From: Candidatus Anstonellaceae archaeon
Lineage (GTDB): Archaea; Micrarchaeota; Micrarchaeia; Anstonellales; Anstonellaceae
Assembly: GCA_038891035.1 (NCBI GenBank)
Contig: JAWAEW010000005.1
Location: 1,425-65,424, forward strand
Direction: 5' to 3'
DNA: 64,000 nt
The notes below the pieces were generated by a model. It worked only from the letters and a program-made list of their open reading frames with translations. It made no database searches and was not told the DNA's origin. Below, in pieces: positions 30,203-38,227 of this stretch (position 1 is its first letter; every line of letters begins with the position of its first letter). A program made the position numbers and the translations under genes.

Positions 30203-31481
30203 GTCTGTCTCTGTCCTCCGCCCATCTCTTGCCAATGTCTGTGCGATAAAAAAGGTTGGGAATTATGATGTTTTTGACTCGATTGTATGCCACTTTTCTT
30301 GCTTCTTCCATGGTGGTTCCTGATCCGGTGACCACCAGTGCATAGCCGCTGTTGCCTGCAAGCTTCCAGTCGCCCTCATCCAGCTTGACATCTCCAAGAT
30401 GTATGCCTTCAAAGCTTGGCTTTTTGAATATGATGGATGCATCCTCCGAATATCTCTTGAATGCATCAGGGTCGCGGAAAGGGAAGGGTGGCACTGCAAT
30501 CACCACCCCAACTTCAAACGCCCTCTTAGTCCGAAACTCTGGTCTTTCACCCTTTGCAATACCATAAAGGAATTGCCCCCATTCAGAAAGCACTCCTTCC
30601 ATCATTATGCTTATGTGCGGGTATCCAAACCTGCTGGTGAATTCAAGCGGATAAATGCCGCGTGAGTTTACAATGCAGTTCAAATCAATGTAACCAACAT
30701 ATCCTGATTGCGCAAGCTTTTCTTTCATTTTGCCCAAGGTAGCATTAAATAATGGGCTGTTTTGCACAAAAAACATGGAAGTCCCCATTTCACCTGTGGA
30801 TGGCCCTATGTCTCCAGGAAACATCCGTTTGTGCTCAAAGTTCACATTTACAGGACTTGCAAATTCCTTTCCATTGAAAAAGGCCCCGACTGCAACTTCC
30901 ACTCCGGATATGTATTTCTGAAGCTGAAACTCCTTTATCTTCTTGCTCCATACTTTCTTGTAGCGATTGAGCATTTCCAATATATCTTTGCCGTCATCTT
31001 CTTGCCCAACAAAAAGTAACTCTTTTTCATTTTGTGCAAGCCCTGAAGGCTTCAGGACATATCTGTCTGGATTTGATTTTATGAATTCTATTGCATCGTC
31101 AAAAGAGTTGAAAATCCATTGAGGTATTATTGAAATGCCAACAGATTCCAGCTCTTTTTGGCCAAATTGCCTATCCAGCTCAAGCTTGTCAGTGTATGCG
31201 CTTCCACCTACAACTAGTTTCCCCTCCTTTCTAAGCTCATCTGCCTCTTTTCCAAATCCAACGTCGTCAAAAACAATCACGTCTGCCCAACTGACTTCGC
31301 TTTTCCAGTCCTCGCATTTTTCCACAAATCCGTCGCAGACATCCTTTTGCTCCTTGTGGTGAATGTAGTATTTTGCCTCGTACCCTTCTTTTTTTATCTG
31401 CCAGGCCAAATCTCCAATTAGTGCATCGAATGAGACAAAAAGAAACTTCAACTTCTTCTTTTCTGCATTGTTGTTTGTCAC
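30180..31481 (-). CDS. ATP-grasp protein of the phosphoribosylamine--glycine ligase (PurD) family, divergent N-terminus
   Basis: C-terminal GYALVVTGSGTTMEEARKVAYNRVKNI...FYRTDIGKR matches the PurD C-domain (GGRVLxVTAxG...AY...YRRDIG). The N-terminus lacks the canonical GGGREHAL. Confidence 0.6.
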   Translation of the reverse strand: MTNNNAEKKKLKFLFVSFDALIGDLAWQIKKEGYEAKYYIHHKEQKDVCDGFVEKCEDWKSEVSWADVIVFDDVGFGKEADELRKEGKLVVGGSAYTDKLELDRQFGQKELESVGISIIPQWIFNSFDDAIEFIKSNPDRYVLKPSGLAQNEKELLFVGQEDDGKDILEMLNRYKKVWSKKIKEFQLQKYISGVEVAVGAFFNGKEFASPVNVNFEHKRMFPGDIGPSTGEMGTSMFFVQNSPLFNATLGKMKEKLAQSGYVGYIDLNCIVNSRGIYPLEFTSRFGYPHISIMMEGVLSEWGQFLYGIAKGERPEFRTKRAFEVGVVIAVPPFPFRDPDAFKRYSEDASIIFKKPSFEGIHLGDVKLDEGDWKLAGNSGYALVVTGSGTTMEEARKVAYNRVKNIIIPNLFYRTDIGKRWAEDRDRLTMWGYL

Positions 31482-31555
31482 TTGAATGATTTTGCAGAAA
31501 TTGTTTTTAGTGAGTGTGTTACATTTGGAACTTGTCGCCTTTTTTGAAAATAGGT

Positions 31556-31604
31556 GTTAATTTGGTATTAACATTTAAAAACCCTATGTTAATATGATAT
31601 TAAC
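31556..31604 (+). promoter_or_regulatory. hsp20 promoter with two palindromic operator-like sites GTTAAT-N5-ATTAAC flanking a TTTAAAAA TATA box
   Basis: GTTAATTTGGTATTAAC (31556-31572), TATA TTTAAAAA (31574-31581) and GTTAATATGATATTAAC (31588-31604). SD GGAGGTGA before ATG 31630. Confidence 0.45.
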
Positions 31605-31629
31605 AGTAGCATCTTGCGGAGGTGAGAAT

Positions 31630-32052
31630 ATGGTTGGGCTAGTGAGGTGGAAACCGTTCCATGACTTTGGGCTCGAAAGATTCTTTGAGGATGACTTCCC
31701 GTTCTTTCCTGGAAGATCTGGATTTACCGACCTTGCAACTGATGTCTATGATGATGGCAACAACATCGTTGTCAAGATGAATGCACCTGGCTTCCAGGGA
31801 GATGCGATTGACATAACCTTTGAAGGCAACTATCTGAAAGTGACTGGCCAGCGCAAAGAAGAGAAAGAAGAAAAGCAGAAAAATTACTACTGCAAAGAAA
31901 TCCACTCTGGCTCATTTGAACGCCTAATAAGACTCCCAACTGCAGTAAAGGCAGAAAAGGCAGAGGCAGAATACAAGGACGGGGTACTCAAAATAGTCGT
32001 CCCAAAAGAAGAGCCCAAAGGCACTAAAGTAAAAGTAAAGGTCAAAAACTAA
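31630..32052 (+). CDS. Small heat-shock protein (Hsp20/alpha-crystallin family)
   Basis: Alpha-crystallin domain (DVYDDGNNIVVKMNAPGF...GVLKIVVPK). Confidence 0.9.
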   Translation: MVGLVRWKPFHDFGLERFFEDDFPFFPGRSGFTDLATDVYDDGNNIVVKMNAPGFQGDAIDITFEGNYLKVTGQRKEEKEEKQKNYYCKEIHSGSFERLIRLPTAVKAEKAEAEYKDGVLKIVVPKEEPKGTKVKVKVKN

Positions 32053-32278
32053 GCACCCCCTTTTTTTATTTTAGTTTTATTTAACACGAACAAAAAAGCA
32101 TGTCTGGAGACTGAAATTCTGCTTTCTCTACTCTTGTTCAGGCAAAGTTAGGAATTTGAAGGACATTGGCTTGCTTGCTGCTTTCTGCCAACTGCTCTCA
32201 TAGGCAGCAGAGTTTGCAGCTTTCAGAAAAAAGTAGCAACCCAAAACTAATTTATATCTAAAATAGAAAAAGAATCTT

Positions 32279-32980
32279 ATGTCCAAGCGAACTTTTAGGA
32301 TAAAAAGTGCCACTTTTGGCATTTATCACCATGACTGCCAAACATCGGAGTCTTCAGAAAAATTCCCAGGGATAACACTGAAGCAGCTAAGCCCAGTAGT
32401 ATATCTTTCAAAAAAGAACTCTAAGCTGGACTACAGCCTTATTTGGGAGGTAGAGGCAAACTCACCATCAGAACTTGAAGAATATTTGCAATACGTGAAA
32501 AATGACCCGAGGACCATTCGCCTTCGCATACTTGAGAAAGGGAGGAATAATGCACTTATCTTGCTTCGCTTTCTTGGTACAAGCTCAACTTACGGCACAA
32601 TAATTTCCAACAAAGTAACTCTTACTTCCTTAGCCAGAGCAAAGGAAGGCTTTGAAACTTACAGTATTATCTCTGAAAAACCAAACTTCGTAAAAAAGAT
32701 GCTTGAAGAGCTATCGTGCATAGGCCAGGTAAAGATCTTAAGAGTCAGTGATTTTGACCCCAAGAAAGATCTTTTTGTGCCATCAATCACTGAGAAACAG
32801 GCAGAGGCGCTCAAGATCGCTCTTATTAACAACTACTACTCTTGGCCGAAAGGAACTACGCTGGAGCGCCTTGCTTCAATTGCAAAAATAAGCAGAAGGA
32901 GCATGCAGGAACGCCTAAGAAGGGCAGAGGCAAAACTACTTCCAGTCCTTCTGAAAGACTATCTGAAAAAGAAGCTGTAA
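32279..32980 (+). CDS. Transcriptional regulator with C-terminal HTH_10 (bacterio-opsin activator-like) DNA-binding domain
   Basis: ITEKQAEALKIALINNYYSWPKGTTLERLASIAKISRRSMQERLRRAEAKLL matches the HTH_10 consensus. The N-terminal ~150 aa is a putative sensor domain. Confidence 0.65.
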   Translation: MSKRTFRIKSATFGIYHHDCQTSESSEKFPGITLKQLSPVVYLSKKNSKLDYSLIWEVEANSPSELEEYLQYVKNDPRTIRLRILEKGRNNALILLRFLGTSSTYGTIISNKVTLTSLARAKEGFETYSIISEKPNFVKKMLEELSCIGQVKILRVSDFDPKKDLFVPSITEKQAEALKIALINNYYSWPKGTTLERLASIAKISRRSMQERLRRAEAKLLPVLLKDYLKKKL

Positions 32981-33040
32981 TTGGACATATGCCCAAAATA
33001 TCATTTTAAGTGCCGTTGGCGTTTTATTTTATGTGAAAAC

Positions 33041-34627
33041 ATGGAGAGGTCAGATGATATTCAAGATATTATTGAAAAAAGATGGAGCGGCACCTGCAAA
33101 GTTGTTTTTGGGCAGGAAATTGGATCTATCAGGGATTACACCCGATGGCTAAAGGAAAAGATTGAGCCTATTGTAATTCGCACCTCGTCTATATCTGGAA
33201 AGAAGGTTGCATATGCGATTCCGAACTATTCAGAAAACTCAAAGTGGATTGGACTTGAAGAAATAGGAAACAGCAAATTTCCTCCTCTTTCCATAAATGA
33301 AATAAAAGACATAGAAAGTATTGTGTCTGCAATCAAAGATAGGATCTATTACACTGGCAACATAGTCCTTGGAAATTCAGGCTTTATATACGAAAGCTCT
33401 AGCATTTCAGATTCATTTTACATGTACCATACAGGAAAATTTGGAGATTCTAAATACCTCGCATTTTGCACCCTTGGAAGGCTTTGTGAAGATTGCTTTG
33501 GATGCAATGGGATTGGTGAAAGCCACTTTTGCATTAAAGCATATGAAACTTTCAGAGTCAAGCGGTCATTTGAATTTTGGATGGGACAGAATTGCTCGGA
33601 CTGCTACTATACTCATAATCTTTCTGGATGCTCTGATTGTATTTTCTCGTTCAATCTGAAAAACAAACACTTTGCAATTGGAAATTGCACATTACCAAAA
33701 GATAAATACCTCAGCATAAAAAATTCTCTTCTTGAGCAGCTGAGAGATTGGCTTATTAGGAAGAAAAGGGCACCTTCGTTGCTGGACCTTATTCCACTTT
33801 CAATCCCTCCAAAATTGCCAAGACTGGCAGCAGAAAGCAAGAATTCAAAAGTAAGCGACCTTGGACCGATAGAGGAAGGGTTTGCGAAAACTTGCCAAAT
33901 AATCTTTGGAAAAAGACTTTCAGGCAAGCTGGACGATTATGCTGATTGGCTTTCCAAGCATGTCAGAAAACACCAGAAACTTCACTCTGCAATAAGCGGG
34001 GAGCAGGTTTGCAGATGGGATTACTCAAATTATTTCATGCTGCCCCAAGAAAGAATTGTTTCCCAGGGTGAGGCTCTTGCGCTCGGTGAAATCCTTGCTC
34101 TTTCAAAAGATGAGATAGATACCATCTCTCTCAACAATGTAGGGGGAGTTTTAGGCAAAATTGCATTTTTCTCAACAGAATATGCAGAAGGGACAAACAT
34201 AAATGTAATAGATTGCCCTACTCCAACTCAGTCCTCAAACTGCTACCGCACTTCCCCTGTTGTCTATTCGAAATATTGCGCTTATTCTTTTTGGCCAAGA
34301 AGCTCACAGTATATTTTTGGCTCAAATGCAATATTTGACTCTGAGTTTTGTATCCACTGCTACCATTCAGTAAAGCTTAAGCGTTGTTTTGAGATGGATT
34401 CCTGCAACTCATGCTATAACTCATATTTCTGCCACAATTGCGAAAATGTAAGCGACAGCATGTTTTGCTTCAACGCCAAAAACTTGCGCTATGCAATAGG
34501 AAATGTAGAGGTCGGGCAGGAACAATTTCTTAAAATAAAAAATCTGCTTCTCTCAAAGATTCTTGCAGAGCTTGAGGCAAAGAAAAAATTCGATTTAAAC
34601 ATATACAATATAGGACAGAAAAAATAA
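33041..34627 (+). CDS. Cys-rich tandem-module protein, paralogue C (uncharacterised family)
   Basis: ATG at 33041 (MERSDDIQDIIEKRWSGTCKVVFGQEIGSIRDYTRWL), 60 bp after the HTH_10 gene stop. CSDCIFSFNLKNKHFAIGNCTLPKDKY. Second module ends CNSCYNSYFCHNCENVSDSMFCFNAKNLRYAIGN. Confidence 0.7.
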   Translation: MERSDDIQDIIEKRWSGTCKVVFGQEIGSIRDYTRWLKEKIEPIVIRTSSISGKKVAYAIPNYSENSKWIGLEEIGNSKFPPLSINEIKDIESIVSAIKDRIYYTGNIVLGNSGFIYESSSISDSFYMYHTGKFGDSKYLAFCTLGRLCEDCFGCNGIGESHFCIKAYETFRVKRSFEFWMGQNCSDCYYTHNLSGCSDCIFSFNLKNKHFAIGNCTLPKDKYLSIKNSLLEQLRDWLIRKKRAPSLLDLIPLSIPPKLPRLAAESKNSKVSDLGPIEEGFAKTCQIIFGKRLSGKLDDYADWLSKHVRKHQKLHSAISGEQVCRWDYSNYFMLPQERIVSQGEALALGEILALSKDEIDTISLNNVGGVLGKIAFFSTEYAEGTNINVIDCPTPTQSSNCYRTSPVVYSKYCAYSFWPRSSQYIFGSNAIFDSEFCIHCYHSVKLKRCFEMDSCNSCYNSYFCHNCENVSDSMFCFNAKNLRYAIGNVEVGQEQFLKIKNLLLSKILAELEAKKKFDLNIYNIGQKK

Positions 34628-34634
34628 TAATGAG

Positions 34635-34737
34635 CGCCTCGACCGGGAGTTTCGCTCGAAAGCTATCTGGCTTTTGTGGTTCGAACCCGGGTCGCGAGAT
34701 CGACAATCTCGAATGCTGACCACTACACCATCGAGGC
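34635..34737 (-). tRNA. tRNA-Asp (anticodon GTC) with apparent 31-nt non-canonical intron in the T-loop (after position ~59/60)
   Basis: Manual fold on the minus strand. Acceptor GCCTCGA/TCGAGGC, U8, D-arm GTGT-AGTGGTCA-GCAT. Anticodon arm CGAGA-TTGTCGA-TCTCG. T-stem CCGGG, T-loop TTCGAA, then the insert CCACAAAAGCCAGATAGCTTTCGAGCGAAAC (+ coordinates ~34649-34679), then T, CCCGG and acceptor. Discriminator G73. No encoded CCA. Confidence 0.7.
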
Positions 34738-34747
34738 GCACCCACAA

Positions 34748-34855
34748 TCCCGCCAGTGTGATTTGAACACACAACATCCTGATGACTGCCAGCCCGATTG
34801 CTGACCGCCGTGCTTTTCTACAGCCAGGCGCTCTACCAGGTTGAGCTATGGCGGG
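34748..34855 (-). tRNA. tRNA-Tyr (anticodon GTA) with ~34-nt intron at the canonical 37/38 position
   Basis: Manual fold. Acceptor CCCGCCA/TGGCGGG with C1:G72 and A73 (archaeal Tyr identity). D-arm GCTC-AACCTGGTA-GAGC. Anticodon stem CCTGG, loop CTGTAG(A), intron ~34783-34816 (+ coordinates), then TCAGG. T-arm GTGTG-TTCAAAT-CACAC. TATA-like TTTAAAAAG ~30 bp upstream (34884-34896). Confidence 0.75.
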
Positions 34856-34983
34856 ATCGTGCTTGAAAGCTCTTATTTTCAATCTTTTTAAATTTGTTTC
34901 CTTGGAGCAGATGGGCTTTGCATGCATGAGCTTGAGTCCAATTTTGTATAAAAATATACATTTTTGTATCTTTTTATAAATCA

Positions 34984-36312
34984 ATGCCATTAAAAATGCA
35001 AAGGATGAGAATGGAAGTCAAAATCATTTTGGATGAAAATCAGGTTCCAAAAGATTTCTACAATATAGTGCCTGATTTGCCTGGCAAGCTTGATCCGCCA
35101 CTTCATCCAGCCACAGGCAAGCCGGTTTCGCCATCTGATTTCGAGCCGATATTTCCCAAGGAGCTCATAAGACAGGAAATGAGCCAGGAAAGATTCATCC
35201 CAATACCGGCACAAGTGCGCGATGCGCTTTTGGCTGCTGGAAGGCCAACGCCGCTTTTGAGGGCAAAAAGGCTGGAGAGATATCTGAAAACTCCTGCAAG
35301 GATATACTTCAAGCATGAAGGGCTTAACCCTTGCGGCTCACACAAGCCCAATACGGCGATTGCACAGGCTTATTATAATATGAAGGAGGGTGTGGAGAAG
35401 CTTTGCACTGAGACTGGGGCAGGTCAGTGGGGAACTGCGCTTGCATATGCAACCATGCTTTTCGGCTTAAAATGCGAGGTATTTATGGTTAAAGTCAGTT
35501 TTTCTCAGAAGCCATACAGAAAGCACATTATGGAAGTTTATGGGGCCACAGTACACCCATCCCCAAGTACCTACACTTCTTTTGGAAGAAAGGTGTTGGA
35601 GAGCCAGCCAGACCATGCAGGAAGCTTGGGAATAGCAATTTCTGAGGCGATCGAGAGGGTAGTTTCTGACCCACAGAAAAAATCCAAATATGCCCTTGGG
35701 TCGGTGCTGAATCATGTTCTGTTGCATCAAACTGTAATAGGGCAAGAAGTTTCTTGCCAGCTGAAGCTGGTGGATGAGGATCCGGATTTTGTGATAGGAT
35801 GCATTGGGGGTGGAAGTAATTTCGGCGGGTTTGCATTCCCTCTGCTTTATGAGAAAGCAAAAGGCAAAAATAACGCAAAGTTTATTGCAGTCGAGCCTGC
35901 CTCTTGCCCATCCACCACTAAAGGAGAGTACAAATATGATTATGGGGACACCGCAGGCATGACCCCTCTTTTGAAGATGTACACACTTGGAAAAGATTAC
36001 ATGCCTCCGTCAATTCATGCAGGTGGACTGCGCTACCATGGCATGGCCCCAACTGTTTCGCTCCTTATAAACAAGGGTTTGGTTGAGGCCCGTGCTTATG
36101 AGCAGAGGGAGGTGTTTGAAGCCGCGGTCTTGTTTGCACGTACCGAAGGAATTATTGCTGCTCCAGAATCTGCACATGCGATAAAGGCTGCAATTGATGT
36201 TGCACGGGATTGCAAAAGAAAAGGTCAGAAGAAAACGATTGTATTTAATCTGTCAGGGCATGGGCTGCTGGACATGTATGGTTATCAGCAATATTTAGAA
36301 GGAAAAATGTGA
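34984..36312 (+). CDS. trpB: Tryptophan synthase beta chain, TrpB2 type
   Basis: PLP-dependent TrpB2 motifs ([35 protein letters not shown]). Likely start at ATG 35011. Confidence 0.9.
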   Translation: MPLKMQRMRMEVKIILDENQVPKDFYNIVPDLPGKLDPPLHPATGKPVSPSDFEPIFPKELIRQEMSQERFIPIPAQVRDALLAAGRPTPLLRAKRLERYLKTPARIYFKHEGLNPCGSHKPNTAIAQAYYNMKEGVEKLCTETGAGQWGTALAYATMLFGLKCEVFMVKVSFSQKPYRKHIMEVYGATVHPSPSTYTSFGRKVLESQPDHAGSLGIAISEAIERVVSDPQKKSKYALGSVLNHVLLHQTVIGQEVSCQLKLVDEDPDFVIGCIGGGSNFGGFAFPLLYEKAKGKNNAKFIAVEPASCPSTTKGEYKYDYGDTAGMTPLLKMYTLGKDYMPPSIHAGGLRYHGMAPTVSLLINKGLVEARAYEQREVFEAAVLFARTEGIIAAPESAHAIKAAIDVARDCKRKGQKKTIVFNLSGHGLLDMYGYQQYLEGKM

Positions 36313-36321
36313 GGTGGAAAA

Positions 36322-36507
36322 ATGCAAAGCCAAAAACAAAATTCGTCGGCCAGACAACTTCCTCAGCAAGCAAAATTTTTCAGAAAGCTGCTTGAAAAGG
36401 AAGAGTGTGGAGAAAGTGGCAGGCTGATGGAAGGAGTGCCAAGAAACCAGGTTCTGTATGAAAAGATGGCTGAGATAGTCAAGAAGAATCCTTTGCTTGG
36501 ATGTTAA
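36322..36507 (+). CDS. Small hypothetical protein (61 aa)
   Basis: ORF preceded by GAGGTGG SD-like sequence. No recognised domain. Confidence 0.25.
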   Translation: MQSQKQNSSARQLPQQAKFFRKLLEKEECGESGRLMEGVPRNQVLYEKMAEIVKKNPLLGC

Positions 36508-36508
36508 G

Positions 36509-37555
36509 CTAGCGAATAGCGTATGCAGAAGGAGAGAGGCCAAGCCGCTCCATTTGCTCTGCAGTATTGCCAAAAATCACAATTTTTGCCTTGGAAAGCG
36601 CACTCAAGTCCTTTGCTCCGCAAAGAAGCATAGTGGTTGCAAGCTCCTGCTTCCAGGTTGCAATTTCAAGTTGCGGGTTTTTTGATTTGATGAATGGGAG
36701 CGCAGCTGCTGCAAATGAAGCACCAAGGGCGATTGCTTTTGCCGCATCCAATCCGCTTCTTAAGCCCCCGCTTGCAATTGTAGGCAAAATGCCTGCACAT
36801 TGTGCAACACAGATTGCAGTTGGATTGCCCCACTCTGCAAATGTTGGCCTCTGCTTGCTTCGCAAATATTCTACCTTGCTCCAGGAAGTACCGCCTGTTC
36901 CAGAAACATCTACCATTTTCACTCCTGCCTTTTTGAGAGCATCGGCAGTCTGGCCAGAGATTCCGGCGCCTGTTTCCTTGACGATTACGGGCAGGCTGAT
37001 TTCATTGCAAAATTGCTCTATTTTTGCAAGAATACCTGAAAATTTCCTGTCTCCTTCGGGCTGCACCATTTCTTGAAGCGGATTTAGATGGATGGCAAGT
37101 GCATCTGCTTCCACTTTGTCCAATACTTCCTGCACTTTCGCTGGCTCGAAAAATGAAAGCTGGCATGCCCCAATATTTCCAATTATTGGAATGGATGGGG
37201 CTACTTTGCGCACTTTGTAGGTCGAAGCAGTTTCTGGATGCTCAAGCATAGCTCTCTGTGAGCCAAGCCCAAATGCGACCCCTTCCTTTTCTGCAGCAGC
37301 TGCAAGAGCAAGATTAATTGCCTTTGCACGAGGATATCCACCAGTCATGCCAGAAATTACAATTGGTGCAGCAAGCTTTTTGGAAAAAAATTTGCAAGTA
37401 AGGTCTATATCATTATAATCAATCTCTGGTAGTGAATTGTGCACAAACCGAATCTCCGAAAAGCCGCTGCTGGTGAAATATTCTACCTGCTTTTTCATTG
37501 CAGCATCCACATGTTGCTTCTTGCGAGTTTTTATTTTCATAGCTTCAGCCAACAC
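36509..37555 (-). CDS. fni: Isopentenyl-diphosphate delta-isomerase, type 2 (FMN-dependent)
   Basis: Characteristic IDI-2 motifs: LPEIDYNDIDLTCKFF, ISGMTGG, AIHLNPLQEMVQPEGD and VKETGAGIS. Confidence 0.85.
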   Translation of the reverse strand: MLAEAMKIKTRKKQHVDAAMKKQVEYFTSSGFSEIRFVHNSLPEIDYNDIDLTCKFFSKKLAAPIVISGMTGGYPRAKAINLALAAAAEKEGVAFGLGSQRAMLEHPETASTYKVRKVAPSIPIIGNIGACQLSFFEPAKVQEVLDKVEADALAIHLNPLQEMVQPEGDRKFSGILAKIEQFCNEISLPVIVKETGAGISGQTADALKKAGVKMVDVSGTGGTSWSKVEYLRSKQRPTFAEWGNPTAICVAQCAGILPTIASGGLRSGLDAAKAIALGASFAAAALPFIKSKNPQLEIATWKQELATTMLLCGAKDLSALSKAKIVIFGNTAEQMERLGLSPSAYAIR

Positions 37556-37591
37556 ATAGGAATTTTAAATTCCTTTGCAAATTTGGAAAGT

Positions 37592-38227
37592 ATGGCGAAG
37601 GCTTTTGAACTAATTGAAGAAAGAGCGATCTACATTTTTGTGGTTATCCTTCTTGGTTGCATAATACTTGTAGTGTGGTTATTTCACAGTGGAAAAATCG
37701 ATGTGGAAGCTGCACGAATATACCTTCAAGCCTTGACCGGCATTGCCACTCTTGCGCTGCTTTATTTTGCATATTTCAATGTGATGTCAAAAAAAGAAGA
37801 AGATACTGCACGGCTGGAGCTTGCAGTCAGGCCAATTCTAGTATGGGAACTTCAAAGCAAAAATAGTGGTGCGGAATTCATCTATAAGGCACTAAAACAT
37901 CCAATTTACGATTTGCAGGCAAGTATCCAGCTTAACAACGAGATAATGCGCATCGAGGAGAGGCATTTGGATGCCGCAGATAGCAACCCTTGGGCAGAAA
38001 GGAAAATTGAACTTGGCTCATTTATTTTGAAGGGATTGGGAAAGAACAATGAAGGCACTATTAGGATTAGGTTTTCGTATCACTCAGAAGTTGGAGGAAA
38101 ATATGAATTTTCATTCACAAAAGAAGTGGTGCGCAAGCAGAAAGGATTTCTGTTTCAGCATCGCAAGATAGTATCTGCAAAATACCCTTGGAAGCAAAAG
38201 GAAATAGAATTTTCCAACGACTTATGA
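37592..38227 (+). CDS. Hypothetical membrane protein (single N-terminal TM)
   Basis: ATG 37592 (MAKAFELIEERAIYIFVVILLGCIILVVWLF). The ORF-track extension overlaps fni. Confidence 0.4.
   Translation: MAKAFELIEERAIYIFVVILLGCIILVVWLFHSGKIDVEAARIYLQALTGIATLALLYFAYFNVMSKKEEDTARLELAVRPILVWELQSKNSGAEFIYKALKHPIYDLQASIQLNNEIMRIEERHLDAADSNPWAERKIELGSFILKGLGKNNEGTIRIRFSYHSEVGGKYEFSFTKEVVRKQKGFLFQHRKIVSAKYPWKQKEIEFSNDL

Noticed and set aside
34770-34785. CUGAUGA-like C-box inside the tRNA-Tyr intron
   Set aside because: The motif is on the plus strand, while the tRNA and intron are transcribed from the minus strand.
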